Positions 1 to 9,966 of a stretch of DNA of 64,000 nt are shown here, piece after piece. The DNA lies in IMG/VR virus record IMGVR_UViG_2775506835_000007, positions 1 to 64,000 of that record; one strand, written 5' to 3'. Each line of letters opens with the position of its first letter. The stretch's first letter is position 1. Origin of the DNA: a virus (Duplodnaviria > Caudoviricetes). Below the pieces are notes generated by a model that ran no database searches, was not told where the DNA came from, and was given only the letters and a program-made list of their open reading frames with translations. Made by a program: the position numbers and the translations under genes.

Positions 1-657
<657 letters not shown>

Positions 658-805
658 TTACGCTAATTGGCTGTTGCAAAAAAGCTCCGTCTGCTGGTAC
701 AGGCGGAGAAGCGGGAGATGTCTTCATGTTCATATACATACAAACTTTTTCTTACAAATGATACGGTTAAGTCCAATTTTGAAGGGCTATTACAATAACA
801 TTAGA

Positions 806-863
806 AAAACGAAGCAGGAGCGTTGATGGCCCATAAGGCGAATCAACGCTCCTGCTTCGTTTT
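806..863. terminator. 22-bp perfect inverted repeat, probable bidirectional intrinsic terminator
   Basis: AAAACGAAGCAGGAGCGTTGAT (806-827) / ATCAACGCTCCTGCTTCGTTTT (842-863). Confidence 0.7.
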
Positions 864-1662
864 AAAATAGAATCTATACATAGACAGTAAAAAGAGCAAA
901 GCAAGTATGAAAAAGAGGTACAAAAAAACAGAGAAAAAAACTAGTATAAAAACGCCTGTACTAAGTAAGGCTGCTTTATCTTTTTCGATCAATTACTTTT
1001 ATAACAACAAAAAATACGCCAACCAGTAAAAGACTTCCGTAGCAGGAAGACACATGCAGGCCAAAATTGGTTTTGTACTTCCGATGAGCAAGTATCTTAA
1101 ACCCTATAACAGCATTTATAAAAGAGCTCCAAAAAGTCGCTATTTATTAAAAAATGCTTCTTTGTGTTACCTTTCATGTATTCCAGATATAATACACAAG
1201 TAATAGCAAGGGAGCGTCCATTATAATTGCCAAGCATTAAATATGATAACACGCAGATTAAAGCCGTCCACAGATTTTTTCGCTGAACCGACTCCGCCGG
1301 GTTAGCAGCTGCTCAGAAAAAATGTTCTCTTTTATGAAGAGAAATATTTCACTCTGACTGACGAAAAATTGATCTGAAAACAGTTACGGCAATGATAAGA
1401 TTATTGATGTTGATCTTGTCATTGATTCGCATCCAACACATTATACCTTTTTATATGAGAAATTTGCGAGCTATTTTCATCATATAAAAACAAACACTTA
1501 TGCGGTACATCACAGAAAACGCCCACCAATGACATAATTTTATTATTTGTAATACATTAGGAGACGTCATGGAACCACGGGCATATGAAGATAAGTTTAA
1601 AAATGAATCAGAATCACTTGGTGTCATTGGACAAAGAAAATTCCCATTAGTGTCCAAAATGC

Positions 1663-1697
1663 AAAGAAAAAGCCAAGAACCTGTATGGTTCCTGGCT
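1663..1697 (-). terminator. Intrinsic terminator just downstream of a tRNA-like 3' end
   Basis: Minus strand reads CCTCCGCAACCA-AATTTT-AGCCAGGAACC-ATACA-GGTTCTTGGCT-TTTTCTTT. Confidence 0.7.
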
Positions 1698-1703
1698 AAA
1701 ATT

Positions 1704-1724
1704 TGGTTGCGGAGGTCTGCAACC
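1704..1724. repeat. Left attachment-site core of prophage 1 (host arm + phage-1 arm)
   Basis: TGGTTGCGGAGGTCTGCAACC identical to 35462-35482; dyad TGGTTGCGGA|GG|TCTGCAACC. Confidence 0.9.
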
Positions 1725-1939
1725 TATTATATGTGCTACTTTCCACAAGACTGCATAAAATGTAAAAGTCTACGAAACCACGGTTGGATGTTCGCACCAT
1801 CACAATAACCGCTATCGTAGACTTCCTCGTAGGACTTGCGTTACTTATTATTGACAAACTAACGTAAGTCTAAACCGTGTTCTATGGGCGGGTTTATCGC
1901 CCACCCATAGAATACACTTTTTCTTCTAAGCTGTCAATT

Positions 1940-2053
1940 ATGCTTGAAAAATTCGCTTTATTTCTAATTGTTATCGCCGTTGTCAAAATTCTAATTTCCC
2001 TTGTAATTAACTTTGTAAGAAAATGGAGAAATACGAAATCAAAAAGGCCATGA
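1940..2053 (+). CDS. 37-aa single-TM hydrophobic peptide with basic tail (type I toxin-like)
   Basis: Manual translation MLEKFALFLIVIAVVKILISLVINFVRKWRNTKSKRP; below ORF-track cutoff; no strong RBS. Confidence 0.45.
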   Translation: MLEKFALFLIVIAVVKILISLVINFVRKWRNTKSKRP

Positions 2054-2108
2054 AGAATATCCAGGGATTATATGTAAACTAAAGCCCATGTTTAAGCCTT
2101 AAAAGCAG

Positions 2109-2150
2109 AACAGCGCAGCTATCCATTATGGACAGCTGCGCTGTTGTTTT
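2109..2150. terminator. Bidirectional terminator ending the prophage 1 late operon
   Basis: AACAGCGCAGCT...CAGCTGCGCTGTT stem flanked by A- and T-rich tracts, just past the SGNH gene stop. Confidence 0.75.
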
Positions 2151-2159
2151 CTATTCACT

Positions 2160-3815
2160 TTAAAACTCACTCAGAAACTTCCCCGCAATCTTCTCCCCCA
2201 ACAGTGCACGGCCCAAATCATTGGGGTGCGTGCCATCGCCAACGGGGAAATAATATGACCGGTTAACCTTGTTAATGCCCAGTTTACGGTACAGATCCAC
2301 AGCGGGGGTTTTATACGCTTTTGCAACCTCTATGAGCCCATCACCAAACTCATAAAGGTGCTTGCCGCCGGTGAAGGTCTTTTCGTCGCTGTCCTGGCTT
2401 GCATCAGGCCAGTAACGGTAGATCGGCGTGAGCAGCAGCACCTTGAGATTGGGATATGCCATCCAGAGCTTTTCCAGGGCGTACCGTGCAGCCCCCAAAT
2501 ATGTGGTAGTGTCTTTGGGGTCTTCGGCGTTATCCAGCGCGACTCCGCCTTGGACGTCGTTCGTCCCATATAGGACTGTCACATAGTCCACTTTGCTCCA
2601 GTCGATAGCTTTTAAAGTCGCCACGCGATTAGCTGCATAATTTGTGGTATGCCCTACTGCCGCTTCCTGCAACGTATAATTACCGGTCGAAATCGCATTT
2701 GCCAGCTGGTACATACTAAATGCGTCGTAATACTGGTCTGTGTGATGACTCATTCGGCAGCCTTCCATTCCCAAGTTGTGCACCGCCATGCCGGTCAGTC
2801 GGGCAATAACAGATGGATAATCTGCGGGCGGTGCAAACATACCCGTGATGCTGTCGCCCATGCAGACCAACGTCCTACCCTGCAGGCGACTGACTGGAAT
2901 TTCAATATTTCCACTTATGTCTGGCTCCTGACCATTGATCGTAAAAAGCTTGGACTTCGCTTCGGAATAATAAACCGCACAGGACGGCGTCGACTCATAA
3001 TGAAGCCTGTCTGTATACTCCGGGAATACCTGTTCCCCCGTAAATGAGCCGGATTGATTCAGGATGGGAGTATGTTCACTCCCCGCGTCCGCGTAATTGA
3101 TATAAAGGTCTTTAAATCGTACTGTATAACCATTTACCAACTCGGAAATCTCTTTTCCCGCGTAATACTCTAATAGTACATCCGTCGTCGTCGCGGTAAA
3201 CTCCCAGGAATTCAGCCTGGCATGATCAACTTCCGTGGTATTAATGATCGGATCGCTTTTGGTACCGTTGACAACACTGGCCAGCAGAAATCGCCCGAAA
3301 TTCATCCCTGTGGTTGTGGAATCTGGCGTAAGCCCCGTTGTGTCAATATACAGTTTATATGCTTTTCCCACTTCCAGATCAGTGAACTTCATAGACCAGA
3401 AGACTTGATACCATCCGCTGGGCTTATTATTTACAATGCTGACAGTAAACTCATAAACGCCATTTGAATGGCTCTCAGTTAACCAGTGAAACGTTCTCCC
3501 CGCGCTGTCCATGTTCTTCACCGTATCGGAATAAATTCTATAATCGCACGTCTCGGATGAAACCAGTTTGACGCTGCCGATAGAAGAACCGGACAGCCGG
3601 CAGGGCGTTTGGCTGTAAAACGTCCAGTCAGACCCGCCACTCACAGGGATGTCCACGGTAACTTCTTTGGAACCGTCATACTCCCCCGCCACTGCCCCGG
3701 TAAAAGTCAGCTTGTTTGGATTCTTCAACGCTTGCGGCAGATTCGCCAGCGCATTATAATCAACTTGCTTGTCTCCATCCGTTGTGCGGATTTTTGTGAT
3801 ATATTCAGCCATCAT
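2160..3815 (-). CDS. Fibre-like protein with beta-sandwich region and C-terminal SGNH/GDSL hydrolase (putative polysaccharide de-O-acetylase)
   Basis: GDSIT (block I), GTND (block III), DGTHPN (block V); fibre motifs LKNPNKLTFTGAVAGEYDGS and TINGQEPDISGNI. Confidence 0.85.
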   Translation of the reverse strand: MMAEYITKIRTTDGDKQVDYNALANLPQALKNPNKLTFTGAVAGEYDGSKEVTVDIPVSGGSDWTFYSQTPCRLSGSSIGSVKLVSSETCDYRIYSDTVKNMDSAGRTFHWLTESHSNGVYEFTVSIVNNKPSGWYQVFWSMKFTDLEVGKAYKLYIDTTGLTPDSTTTGMNFGRFLLASVVNGTKSDPIINTTEVDHARLNSWEFTATTTDVLLEYYAGKEISELVNGYTVRFKDLYINYADAGSEHTPILNQSGSFTGEQVFPEYTDRLHYESTPSCAVYYSEAKSKLFTINGQEPDISGNIEIPVSRLQGRTLVCMGDSITGMFAPPADYPSVIARLTGMAVHNLGMEGCRMSHHTDQYYDAFSMYQLANAISTGNYTLQEAAVGHTTNYAANRVATLKAIDWSKVDYVTVLYGTNDVQGGVALDNAEDPKDTTTYLGAARYALEKLWMAYPNLKVLLLTPIYRYWPDASQDSDEKTFTGGKHLYEFGDGLIEVAKAYKTPAVDLYRKLGINKVNRSYYFPVGDGTHPNDLGRALLGEKIAGKFLSEF

Positions 3816-4081
3816 CAATCACCCCTGTCAAAAATTAATACCCCATTCACATCTACGGAAGGGACAAGTTCCATATCCAACGCTCCGCTGGTCGTAACAT
3901 TAGGTGCAATCGCAAAGACCAGTATCCCGGAAGCGTCCACCGACGGAGGTGTGAATTCCGGTCTTGGAATCACCCCGCCGTCCGCTGAAATAGCTGTTTC
4001 AGCATGTCCACTGGTAAAGTTTATGTATGCGCCAGGAAGTATCTTATTTTGTGCCTGCCAATTTCCACCACCGACCGCCAT
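3815..4081 (-). CDS. 88-aa protein with a tail-sheath-like N-terminal arm and PxVxxxGxL repeats
   Basis: MAVGGGNWQAQNKILPGAYINF versus sheath MPIGGGTFTVQNKILPGAYVNF; stop overlaps SGNH start (TGATG). Confidence 0.75.
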   Translation of the reverse strand: MAVGGGNWQAQNKILPGAYINFTSGHAETAISADGGVIPRPEFTPPSVDASGILVFAIAPNVTTSGALDMELVPSVDVNGVLIFDRGD

Positions 4082-4116
4082 ACCTCGCACCACCTTTCTC
4101 CTTGCGGAGGCTCCGT

Positions 4117-4599
4117 TTATTCCTCTTCATCTTCGCCGGCAAGCTTGTCTCCGGCCGCGTCCACGCTGCCCTTGCAGGCGGAAATGATCTTGGCCAAGAA
4201 CGCTGGAACGGGCGCGCCCAGCTTGCCGGCGTTCTCAATGATGCTTCCCAGCTCGGTCAGGATATACCAGACCAGAACGATCGGGCACAGCAGCACGGAG
4301 TAATCCCATGGCAGGACGACCGCTGGGATGTTGTTGACAACCAGGCCAATCATCCAGTCTGCCAGCGCTGCGGCGATCACCGCGACAATCGCCCCAGTCT
4401 TGTGCCAGATACCATCGCGAGCAACGGCGCTGCTCCACTCCCCCGCCCGACAGGCGGCCGCGGATCCGGTGATGTAGTCGATCACCATGCAGGCGGCCCA
4501 GGCGACAACCAACCACCCAAACCAGCCCAGCCAGGCGGACAGGGCGGCACAGGCCGCAGTGATGGTTGTTTTGATTCCAAGCACAACATGTTCGTTCAT
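4117..4599 (-). CDS. Phage holin (toxin secretion/phage lysis holin family)
   Basis: Hydrophobic helices, IDYITG, ELGSIIENAGKLGAPVP motifs; adjacent to amidase. Confidence 0.88.
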   Translation of the reverse strand: MNEHVVLGIKTTITAACAALSAWLGWFGWLVVAWAACMVIDYITGSAAACRAGEWSSAVARDGIWHKTGAIVAVIAAALADWMIGLVVNNIPAVVLPWDYSVLLCPIVLVWYILTELGSIIENAGKLGAPVPAFLAKIISACKGSVDAAGDKLAGEDEEE

Positions 4600-4618
4600 A
4601 GTTGGTTCCCCCTAAAAT

Positions 4619-5391
4619 CTATTTTACAGTTATCGTAAACAGCATTTTGCCATCCGCGTATACGCCCGTACTTTGACCGGGCTTTCCATTCGCCCGGATA
4701 CCGAATATGTACTCATTTCCATTCTGGCGGCCCGTGAAGGTCTGCAACACCGCGCCATTTCCTACCGTGAACGCGGGCTTACTCGGGGATGTCAGCTTGA
4801 CGTGGTAGCTGCTGCCGCGTGCAAGGGTAATATCTTGCGTGGTATCGCTTTCCACCCTTTGCACCCCTTCCAGAATGCTTTGATATGGAAAATCCTTCCC
4901 CGGACAGTTTGGCTTTGTAATTGGATTGATCTCGCAATGCCCCACGATATGCTTCCGGTCAACCGGAATGTCCACGCCATAAAGCTGCTTGATCTCTGCG
5001 ATAATATGGCGGTGCAACTCTATACTGGCCGCAAGCTGCACCGCCGTCAGGGTGCCACAGCTTACACAAACGTGCTCAATGCTGATCGTATAAAGATTGG
5101 CGTTCACATGCCGGGTACGCACTACGCCGAGCTTGGAGCGCCCATAATACCGGTTATCCGTCACAGTATTCTGGTCCCATTGCTCCACGCCGCGCGGTCA
5201 AGTGCGACAAGCTGGTACACGGTGCCGTCCTTATCCACCACAAAGTGAGCTGACGCTTCCCGTGCGGGACTGCACAGAGTGGCAAGCGCGCCCGCCGCTG
5301 TGCTTCCGGCCGTGATGTGGTTCACTATGATGTCCGGCTTCCAACCGCCGCGGTCACTGAAGTTCGTGCTTGGACGTCGGATGATTTTCAT
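4619..5391 (-). pseudogene. N-acetylmuramoyl-L-alanine amidase (Amidase_2) endolysin split by a 1-nt frameshift near 5170
   Basis: N-half IVNHITAG...SAHFVV...AAWSNGT and C-half NANLYTISIEH...VGHCEI...NCPG lie in different frames. Confidence 0.82.
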
Positions 5392-7109
5392 TCGAAGTTT
5401 CCTCCTACTGACATAACAAAACAATCACCAGTGGTTCCATTACGGTTTACCCTAATTCGATAATTAAATCCCCACGAGGCGGCGGTCTTTATCGTGTTCG
5501 AAAAAAAGAATTTATTTCCGCTGGTAACAGCTTGTGTCACGTCCTCCCATGTAGGAGATGTATCATTTCCGTTATTGCAAGCTTCAATTGTAAGCGTCGC
5601 TCCCGTTGGAATTTGCCTGTTTACGCTCATTACTGCCTTCGTAATTATATCACTAGCAGAAAGTGCAACTTTTAACGTGATTTCAATTTCAGTCTCATTT
5701 TTTTGGAATGTGTAGGTTCTTATCACAGTGTCATTGGAGCTGTCAGTAGCGACGATTTCCAATGTATGCAATCCGTTTAAAAGCTTTACCCATTCCGCTG
5801 CGGTAATGTCGAACGAATAACTTTGCACGTCAGTTGTTGTAAATCTTCTTATTTGTACACCATCAATTTTCTCTACAACAGCGACCGTTCCACCGTCAGG
5901 GTCCGTTACTGTGTACGTCAGGCTAAAAGCTTCTGTTTTAAGTCCTAGATCACTATCGTTTCCACTGATTATTGGCGGCATGTTGTTGATGACGTTTCGG
6001 GTCTCGCTGGTTTTGTAATCAGATTCTGCGTCCATGCTGTCATATGCTTTGATGCGATAGGCAACGCTTGTCCAACCAAAAGTAATGGTATCCGTGTATG
6101 TACGGCTAATGCCTTTATACAGTTGAATCCATTCTCCGCCGTTGTATTGACGCTCTAAAATGTATCCGCTCAAATTGTTATCTTCATCTGTAGAAATTCC
6201 CCAGTTTATGGTTAGATTCGCGCCACCACGAACGATTCCCGGCACAGTTATTGTGGTTGGAATTGTTGGCGCATGATTAAAAATCAAGTGATATGCACCA
6301 TCATTATCAGCAGAATCAGAAACCAATACAGAAGACGGCAAATTGCAAAGTGGACGAATTCCTCTATGACCACGATGCACCCACTGGTAATCCAAGTCAT
6401 CTGGGGTAGTGGGGTTGAAATTATAAGTATAATTACTATCTGCCTCAGATTTGTATGCATCACGCAACCAATACCCAAACAAAGATGAAACATCAAGCTT
6501 AGTATATTCGCTCCTGCTTACACATTCAGGGGTAGGATAGGCACGTCGCGCTTCATTCGAATTAAACGCTGCCAGTTTCACACCACAAACCGCATCACCA
6601 GAAAGCCCTACTTCTGTACATGAAGCCAGAAAAATTTTATCAACAAATGTTTCTGTACCACCGCCATCGGTCCTTGATTTACCAACAGTAAGGGTAGTTG
6701 GCAATAGGGCGTTTTGCATGCCGACAGAGAATCCGTTTAAAAATCCGGCTTCTTGATCATAGTCATTAAAGTGATTCCATACGTTATCATCGTTTGGTGG
6801 AGCGTCCGCACTGTGTTGAGGAGAATACCATTCGCCTGCACCTTTAGAGCTATTCATCCATTGTCTAATATTAGAATGGATGTAACGATTATTGCCATAA
6901 TCTCTGCGGTCGCTATTACTGTTAGAAGCTTCTTTTGCATCAATACATTTAACTGTTATTATTTTATCTGACATTAAAGTAATTGCCCCGGAAGAATAAC
7001 CAGAGTGGTTTTTGTCTACGATCCGCCAAGTAATGGGTTTATCATAATAACGTGTTTCATTATCTTTTACAAGTGTATCAATAGGGAGATCACTTAATAT
7101 TTTTGCCAT
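5388..7109 (-). CDS. Tail/receptor-binding protein: DUF6273-like C-type-lectin domain + FN3/Ig domains
   Basis: NNRYIHSNIRQWMNS, DKIFLAS, YWLR...GIRPLCNL, then an FN3-like LSGYILERQ...YRIKAYDS segment; AT-rich. Confidence 0.75.
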   Translation of the reverse strand: MAKILSDLPIDTLVKDNETRYYDKPITWRIVDKNHSGYSSGAITLMSDKIITVKCIDAKEASNSNSDRRDYGNNRYIHSNIRQWMNSSKGAGEWYSPQHSADAPPNDDNVWNHFNDYDQEAGFLNGFSVGMQNALLPTTLTVGKSRTDGGGTETFVDKIFLASCTEVGLSGDAVCGVKLAAFNSNEARRAYPTPECVSRSEYTKLDVSSLFGYWLRDAYKSEADSNYTYNFNPTTPDDLDYQWVHRGHRGIRPLCNLPSSVLVSDSADNDGAYHLIFNHAPTIPTTITVPGIVRGGANLTINWGISTDEDNNLSGYILERQYNGGEWIQLYKGISRTYTDTITFGWTSVAYRIKAYDSMDAESDYKTSETRNVINNMPPIISGNDSDLGLKTEAFSLTYTVTDPDGGTVAVVEKIDGVQIRRFTTTDVQSYSFDITAAEWVKLLNGLHTLEIVATDSSNDTVIRTYTFQKNETEIEITLKVALSASDIITKAVMSVNRQIPTGATLTIEACNNGNDTSPTWEDVTQAVTSGNKFFFSNTIKTAASWGFNYRIRVNRNGTTGDCFVMSVGGNFE

Positions 7110-7125
7110 TTTCCATTCTCCTTCA

Positions 7126-7530
7126 TCAACATTCTATTCTTTGTTGTTCTTCGTTCCAAACACCCTTTACCAGAACGATTCCTGACAGTGAATCGAATGT
7201 CGTAAGAAACGGATTTCCAGTAATGTCGTTAAATATTGCATCTTCAATTCGGGCGACGCGGCTTTCCAGATTCATGATTTTTAACAATGCTTTCGTTACG
7301 TTTTCTGTGGCCTGTTCTGCTGTTTCTGCTCCTGTATCCCACAAAACTTTATCCTCTGCCGTTACGTGCATATCAATATTTTCGCTGTGAGCTATCAATC
7401 CGGAAATTGATGTATCGTGATTTTTCATTACTTTATCAATTGTGTTCATATTATCATTTTGAGTTTTGACATTATAAAAATCGTTCGGAAGTGGTTTTTC
7501 CAATTTATAATTACTCGTAAAATCTGGCAT
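7126..7530 (-). CDS. Tail fibre base/adaptor protein
   Basis: N-terminal TSNYKLEKP...QNDNMNTID motif shared with the 45875..47233 fibre; follows baseplate genes. Confidence 0.65.
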   Translation of the reverse strand: MPDFTSNYKLEKPLPNDFYNVKTQNDNMNTIDKVMKNHDTSISGLIAHSENIDMHVTAEDKVLWDTGAETAEQATENVTKALLKIMNLESRVARIEDAIFNDITGNPFLTTFDSLSGIVLVKGVWNEEQQRIEC

Positions 7531-8066
7531 TATAAAAACACCTCGTTTCTTATCTGGTCATGGTTATGTAATGAAAGTTCCGTATGAGTATATCTGCTTA
7601 TCATTTGATGGGTATTACGCATTAAATCAAAGTCTATTACAATATTTGCTGGCACAATACTATGAAGCATAATTTCTATATCGTCAAAATTATTTTTTGA
7701 CGTTATAGAAATCCTAACAATTAATAGGTAATTTTCTGCATTAAGCTCTACCGTGTATTCTCCTTCACCACACAACGATGATAGTTGCTGACAAAGGGTA
7801 GTCATTGTAAAAGGGGCCTGTCTATTCAGCCAAGTCATAATTCTAAATCTACGTTCTTCTAAGGTGTTATTGTAAATCTTCGGAAGATTCAAAATTGTTT
7901 CCCAGCGTTGACAGCCATAGTCGGTCAAGCTATCTAAAAAGAAATCATTTGAAGCGCCCTGAACATCCTGCATTGCTTCTTGAAACTCCGGTTGTTCCGC
8001 ACTGGCAATCTGGTCAAATTCGATCAAGTCTTGAAGATAGCGCGGCCAGTATTCTTTAAGTTCCAT
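7530..8066 (-). CDS. Baseplate protein, XkdU/YmfQ (DUF2313)-like
   Basis: YWPRYL, RWETIL, TLEERRFRI, IVPAN motifs; directly after baseplate J. Confidence 0.8.
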   Translation of the reverse strand: MELKEYWPRYLQDLIEFDQIASAEQPEFQEAMQDVQGASNDFFLDSLTDYGCQRWETILNLPKIYNNTLEERRFRIMTWLNRQAPFTMTTLCQQLSSLCGEGEYTVELNAENYLLIVRISITSKNNFDDIEIMLHSIVPANIVIDFDLMRNTHQMISRYTHTELSLHNHDQIRNEVFL

Positions 8067-9135
8067 TCGTGACCTCCCCCAGAATAGGGATTGCATTTAG
8101 ATCCAGGGTTATATTCGTTTTCTTTCCGTTGATTGCGGTCCCTGCTATATCTATAACACCAGCCACATTCAGTACCTTCGTTTCGATCTGGCTAATACGA
8201 ACGACTATGCTGTCAGAATCAGCCCAGGAGCGGGACAGTTCGTCAAAGTAGACTTGGATCGTTGCCTTAACAGCGTCCTGAACAATGGACCAGGTAACGT
8301 CGGTATTGAAGGTCAGAGTAAAAGAAATGTCGATTGTGGTACCTGTGACACCCTCCACGGTAACAACATGGCCAATCGGCGCCAGTCCCACACCGGTTCC
8401 CTGGATTCCTACAGGATCAATTTCCTCTTGGACATACTCGACCAACTCAGACGATGGAACACCCCATTCACTGTCGACGACAATGATCTTGACCGTCCCG
8501 CCTCCGTTCCAGACAGGGATCACCTTTACAGCTCCTACGCCTTGAAGAAGCTCAACCTTGTTTTTATAGTCGGCAATGTTCCCGCCGAACGCTTGGGCTT
8601 CCAAAGAAGCGAAGTATCGCGCCCGAAGAGCGTCGTCAGTTTCCTCATCTTCGCCAGGGATCAAAATGTCAGCCAAACGTGCCGCTGTCAGGTCAGGGAC
8701 GTAGTCGATCGGAAATAAAGTTCCGATATATTCATTTCCAACGTCACCAGCGGTTTCCGCTGTCAACCTGTATTGGCCGGCCGCGATTCGATCGGTAACA
8801 GTGAAGTTGATGTCTCCCCCGGAAAAGCGGGTCCCTATTTCTAAATCACAGCCCGACCCATCAGCTTCTTCAAAGTAGCCTTTTCGAATTGCATAGGTTG
8901 CCGCTGTCCGGAAGACGCTTCGTTCTCGGCACTTCTTTGTCAGATCATCGCCAGTTTCGGTGTCTGGAAAAGCCCGATCCAGAAGATAGGCAAGTTCAAT
9001 ATACATGATAGCCAGTTCGGTTGCTGCAGGCGCGATAGCATCATAGATGATTGACCCTTCACGTTTGTCGACCGAAGAAGACACGCGCGCCAGGCAGCGA
9101 TCCATAATATTTTCGAAGGTCATGTTCTCATACAC
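8056..9135 (-). CDS. Baseplate J/gp47 family (XkdT-like)
   Basis: DKREGSIIYD, GEDEETDDALRARY, GGNIADY, WNGGGTVK, APIGH. Confidence 0.92.
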   Translation of the reverse strand: MYENMTFENIMDRCLARVSSSVDKREGSIIYDAIAPAATELAIMYIELAYLLDRAFPDTETGDDLTKKCRERSVFRTAATYAIRKGYFEEADGSGCDLEIGTRFSGGDINFTVTDRIAAGQYRLTAETAGDVGNEYIGTLFPIDYVPDLTAARLADILIPGEDEETDDALRARYFASLEAQAFGGNIADYKNKVELLQGVGAVKVIPVWNGGGTVKIIVVDSEWGVPSSELVEYVQEEIDPVGIQGTGVGLAPIGHVVTVEGVTGTTIDISFTLTFNTDVTWSIVQDAVKATIQVYFDELSRSWADSDSIVVRISQIETKVLNVAGVIDIAGTAINGKKTNITLDLNAIPILGEVTNGT

Positions 9136-9556
9136 CGGTCGTCACCGTCCTTTTAATCGGAATTTCACCGAAGACCGTTTCAGCTGTAAAGGCAATGTTC
9201 ACGGACCTTTTGTCAATCTGCTGGATTTTAAAGTCCACGACGTCGGTAATCCGGCTGTCCACCAGAAGGGCTTCGCGGATCACTCGTTTGATTTCACTTG
9301 AAAGCACCTGAAAACTTTTTCCGACTACCGTTTTCAGTTCCACTCCATAGTTCCAGGAATAAATCAAGAAGTCAAACCGTTCTGTCAGAAGGATTTTCAA
9401 AATTACTTGTTGCATGGCTTCTGTGCCGTCAACGAAGCCGGCCACACGACCGGCCTCCATATCCATCTTGTAGGTTCTGGTTGTCTGAGCAGCTGTCGGA
9501 GCGACTTCGACGGCTTGTCCGATCGTAACCGTCCCTGGATTTGGTATCAATGCCAT
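9128..9556 (-). CDS. Baseplate wedge/sheath initiator, XkdS (DUF2634)-like
   Basis: TERFDFLIYSWNYGVEL, EALLVDSRI, ETVFGE. Confidence 0.85.
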   Translation of the reverse strand: MALIPNPGTVTIGQAVEVAPTAAQTTRTYKMDMEAGRVAGFVDGTEAMQQVILKILLTERFDFLIYSWNYGVELKTVVGKSFQVLSSEIKRVIREALLVDSRITDVVDFKIQQIDKRSVNIAFTAETVFGEIPIKRTVTTGV

Positions 9557-9560
9557 AGGA

Positions 9561-9965
9561 TCACATCCTTCCCAGAACCAGAAACGATTGTCCGCCATGA
9601 TTTCGAAGAAGAACCACCTTATCGCCGATAGCAAGATCGAAGTAAACTTCGGTATTTGTTGTCAGGCCGGTCTTCTGCGTCTGAAACGACGCGATACCGT
9701 GCGTGTGTGGTCCAGTTCCGGCCGTTTGCGTGGAATGCTGTGGAATGGCGTGGTCATGCGGATCAATCGTGTGGGTATGAGTCGGATAATAGCCGGCCTT
9801 GAACTCTTTCATCAGGACAATCGCGTCCCCGGATATGTCGAAGCGGTTATCAACCCGGATCGTCAGCGGCGCCGCCGCTGTCACAGTTCCAAATAGAAAG
9901 GCCGCTGGAACCGTCACGTTTTGCGACTGTTCTGCGACCTTTTTCATTGTGTCAAGTAAAGCCAT
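9561..9965 (-). CDS. Baseplate spike, XkdR (DUF2577)-like, with His-rich insert
   Basis: GTVTAAAPL, LAIGDKVVLLRNHGGQSFLVL; HTH..H.H motifs. Confidence 0.8.
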   Translation of the reverse strand: MALLDTMKKVAEQSQNVTVPAAFLFGTVTAAAPLTIRVDNRFDISGDAIVLMKEFKAGYYPTHTHTIDPHDHAIPQHSTQTAGTGPHTHGIASFQTQKTGLTTNTEVYFDLAIGDKVVLLRNHGGQSFLVLGRM

Positions 9966-9966
9966 A

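Noticed and set aside
864-1260. Membrane protein gene on the minus strand
   Set aside because: Hydrophobic stretches are interrupted by stops in all frames; at most an unidentifiable decayed remnant
1700-1780. Intact tRNA gene at the att site
   Set aside because: Only the last ~12 nt (CCTCCGCAACCA) are tRNA-like; no T-loop or anticodon arm here or at 35462
4000-8100. Complete diversity-generating retroelement
   Set aside because: Target-like gene only; no RT (YxDD) ORF, Avd or template repeat seen
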